Assembly: GCF_000189295.2 (NCBI RefSeq)
Contig: NC_016803.1
Coordinates: 2,910,001-2,942,000 of the forward strand
DNA from: Pseudodesulfovibrio mercurii
GTDB taxonomy: Bacteria > Desulfobacterota > Desulfovibrionia > Desulfovibrionales > Desulfovibrionaceae
Direction of reading: 5' to 3'
DNA length: 32,000 bases
How positions within the stretch are numbered: position 1 is the stretch's first letter; each line of letters begins with the position of its first letter. Under the pieces are notes generated by a model. That model searched no databases, was not told the origin of the DNA, and saw only the letters and a program-made list of their open reading frames with translations. A program made the translations under genes and the position numbers. Shown here piece after piece: positions 30,528-32,000 of this stretch.

Positions 30528-32000
30528 CTTTCTGCTCGCGTTCCGGTTTGGGTTTCATCTTGCCCGTGGGCAGGGAGTTGTAGAAGTTCCAGAATTCCGG
30601 CCAGGTGGCGGTCACCTCGCCGTGGTTTTCGAGGACGATGCCGGGCACGGCGAAGGCGGCCAGGGCGCAGCCCATGGACCAGAGCGGGTCCGGGCTGAAC
30701 CAGGTGCCCTCCCAGCCGGGACGGCCGGGCTTGAGGGCGATGACGTCGCCGTCGATCTCGTAGCTCGCGCCCATGCGGTCCAGGAGCTCCACGGCCACGT
30801 CGTTGTCCGCGCCGGAAAGGCGGGCGTCGCCCACCTTGAGGGCCAGAGCCAGGGCCATGGGCATGAGGTCCGGGGACGCGCCCAGGGGGATGTCGGCGGA
30901 GGCGGGCAGCTCGCCCTCCATGGTGGCCACGATGTTCTCGGTGGCCACGTCGATGCGCAGGCCCAGGGCCTTGAGCTGGTCGAGCACGCGGTCGGCCTGC
31001 TCGTTCCGGGGCCAGGCCCCCTCGACGTTGATCCGGCCGCCGCTCAGGGCGGGCAGGGCCAGGAGCATGGCGTTCAGGGGCACGGACAGGGGCAACTGCG
31101 GCTGGGCTTCGATGACCGGGACGCCGTCGGACACGGAGACCGAGTCCTTGGCGAGGTCGGCCTTGATGGAGCAGGCCTTGAGCACGGCCACGGATTCGGC
31201 CACGCGGTCGCGGGCCTCGCGGGTCAGCCCCTTGATGGTCAGCCCGCCGGGGAAGGACCATGCGGCCAGGGTCAGGGCGGCCGCGAAATCCGGGTCCACG
31301 TTGCCGGGCAGGGTCACGGACTCGTCCATGGCTCCGCCGCACTCCAGGCGCACGGGCAGGCCGGGGTTGTTCGGGTTCATGGGCACCAACCGCGCGCCGA
31401 GCGACGGCAGGACCTTGTTCAGGGAGGCCGCGTCGAGCAGCTGCAGGGAGGGCTTGCCCGTGAACTTGCACCGCCCGGCGTGGCCCAGGGCCAGGCAGAG
31501 CAGCATGTAGAAATTGAACTTGTCCTCGCCCACGAAGACCATCTTGCCCTCGAATTCCAGGGTCCGGCCGCCGTCGTTGCGGATGAAGTCGTCGTCCCAG
31601 TGGATGGGCGCGTCGACCTGCTTGAGGGCCTTGGCCAGGTCCTTGTTCGGGGCGTTCATGGTCACCGGGGACAGGGTCGCGGACGCGCCGGAGGAGGCGG
31701 CCATGGCCAGCAGCATCCGGGTGTAGCGGAAGGAGCGCGGGCCCTTGAGTCCGGCCGAGATGGGCTCCACGCGCGGGGCGAGCTTGTAACCCTCGCCCTC
31801 GAACTTCTTGCGGGCGTCGGCCAGGGAAAATTGGTTGAGCAGGGTGAAGAGCTGTTTGGTCAGCTTGGCGTCCAGGCCCAGGCGGCCAGCCGAGCGGTCG
31901 AAGGCCGCGCGCAGCAGCTTTTCGAGCTGGGGGTCCACCAGGGATTTCTGCCGGGACTTGCGCCAGGCCCCTTCCTTGCGGATGAGGAAGGCGCGCTTTT
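30496..32000 (-). CDS. Fusion of a chorismate-mutase-like (AroQ) segment and a degenerate EPSP-synthase/enolpyruvyl-transferase-like domain; the 5' end lies beyond the window
   Basis: The frame stays open from the listed GTG 31938 to position 32000 (KRAFLIRKEGAWRKSRQKSLVDPQLEKLLRAAFDRSAGRLGLDAKLTKQLFTLLNQFSL, resembling the C-terminal helices of AroQ chorismate mutases). Downstream blocks parallel EPSPS: ISAGLKGPRSFRYTRMLLAMAASSG (cf. LPGSKSxSNRALLLAAL), LALGHAGRCKF (cf. LGNAGTAMR), DPDFAAALTLAAW and SPDLMPMALALAL. Confidence 0.65.
   Translation of the reverse strand, partial: KRAFLIRKEGAWRKSRQKSLVDPQLEKLLRAAFDRSAGRLGLDAKLTKQLFTLLNQFSLADARKKFEGEGYKLAPRVEPISAGLKGPRSFRYTRMLLAMAASSGASATLSPVTMNAPNKDLAKALKQVDAPIHWDDDFIRNDGGRTLEFEGKMVFVGEDKFNFYMLLCLALGHAGRCKFTGKPSLQLLDAASLNKVLPSLGARLVPMNPNNPGLPVRLECGGAMDESVTLPGNVDPDFAAALTLAAWSFPGGLTIKGLTREARDRVAESVAVLKACSIKADLAKDSVSVSDGVPVIEAQPQLPLSVPLNAMLLALPALSGGRINVEGAWPRNEQADRVLDQLKALGLRIDVATENIVATMEGELPASADIPLGASPDLMPMALALALKVGDARLSGADNDVAVELLDRMGASYEIDGDVIALKPGRPGWEGTWFSPDPLWSMGCALAAFAVPGIVLENHGEVTATWPEFWNFYNSLPTGKMKPKPEREQKDDTRRRIKIR

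Noticed and set aside
1-32000. The window as a mobile element, prophage or defence island.
   Set aside because: There are no integrase, transposase, recombinase, phage structural, restriction-modification, toxin-antitoxin or known defence-gene signatures, and no flanking tRNA. The genes are mostly housekeeping or envelope and stress functions with uniform high-GC composition. Only short AT-rich promoter spacers deviate from this.

Overview
High-GC chromosomal segment whose gene content and intergenic repeats suggest a Desulfovibrio-like sulfate reducer (inference only). I can support 23 protein-coding genes. I found no rRNA, tRNA, CRISPR array, transposase, integrase or recognisable phage or defence genes. 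Gene order: nrdJ 5' fragment (-); class I aminotransferase (+); a sigma-54 activator with a dead receiver domain (-), divergent from two overlapping glycan genes (+): a CE4 deacetylase-GT4 fusion and a GT2. Then an AhpD-like gene (-); an atypical ABC exporter (-), divergent from a Cache-HAMP-PP2C-kinase sensor plus STAS protein (+); an orphan UmuD-like peptidase (-); and a TRAP transporter split into convergent dctP (+) and dctQM (-). Next come cydAB and an ATP-dependent PFK (-); htpX-htrA-methyltransferase (+); then ppiD, aconitase, a small coiled-coil ORF and a chorismate-mutase-like/EPSP-synthase-like fusion that runs off the right edge (all -). Most very long ORFs in the track are alternative-frame shadows typical of high-GC DNA. 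The best candidate for something undescribed is the 8.0-13.7 kb module. It pairs an ABC exporter whose ATPase domain carries a triplicated Q-loop/helical segment (about 250 extra aa) with a partner-switching sensor and STAS protein, and no sigma factor is encoded in the window. Other leads: a structured repeat pair with a conserved loop and covarying stems between the convergent TRAP genes; an orphan UmuD-like gene with twin TGTCAA-N2-TTGACA operators; a degenerate EPSP-synthase-like fusion; a probable ATT start codon; and a 715-bp gene-free region made of REP/MITE-like modules. All functional links are hypotheses, because no searches or folding computations could be run.
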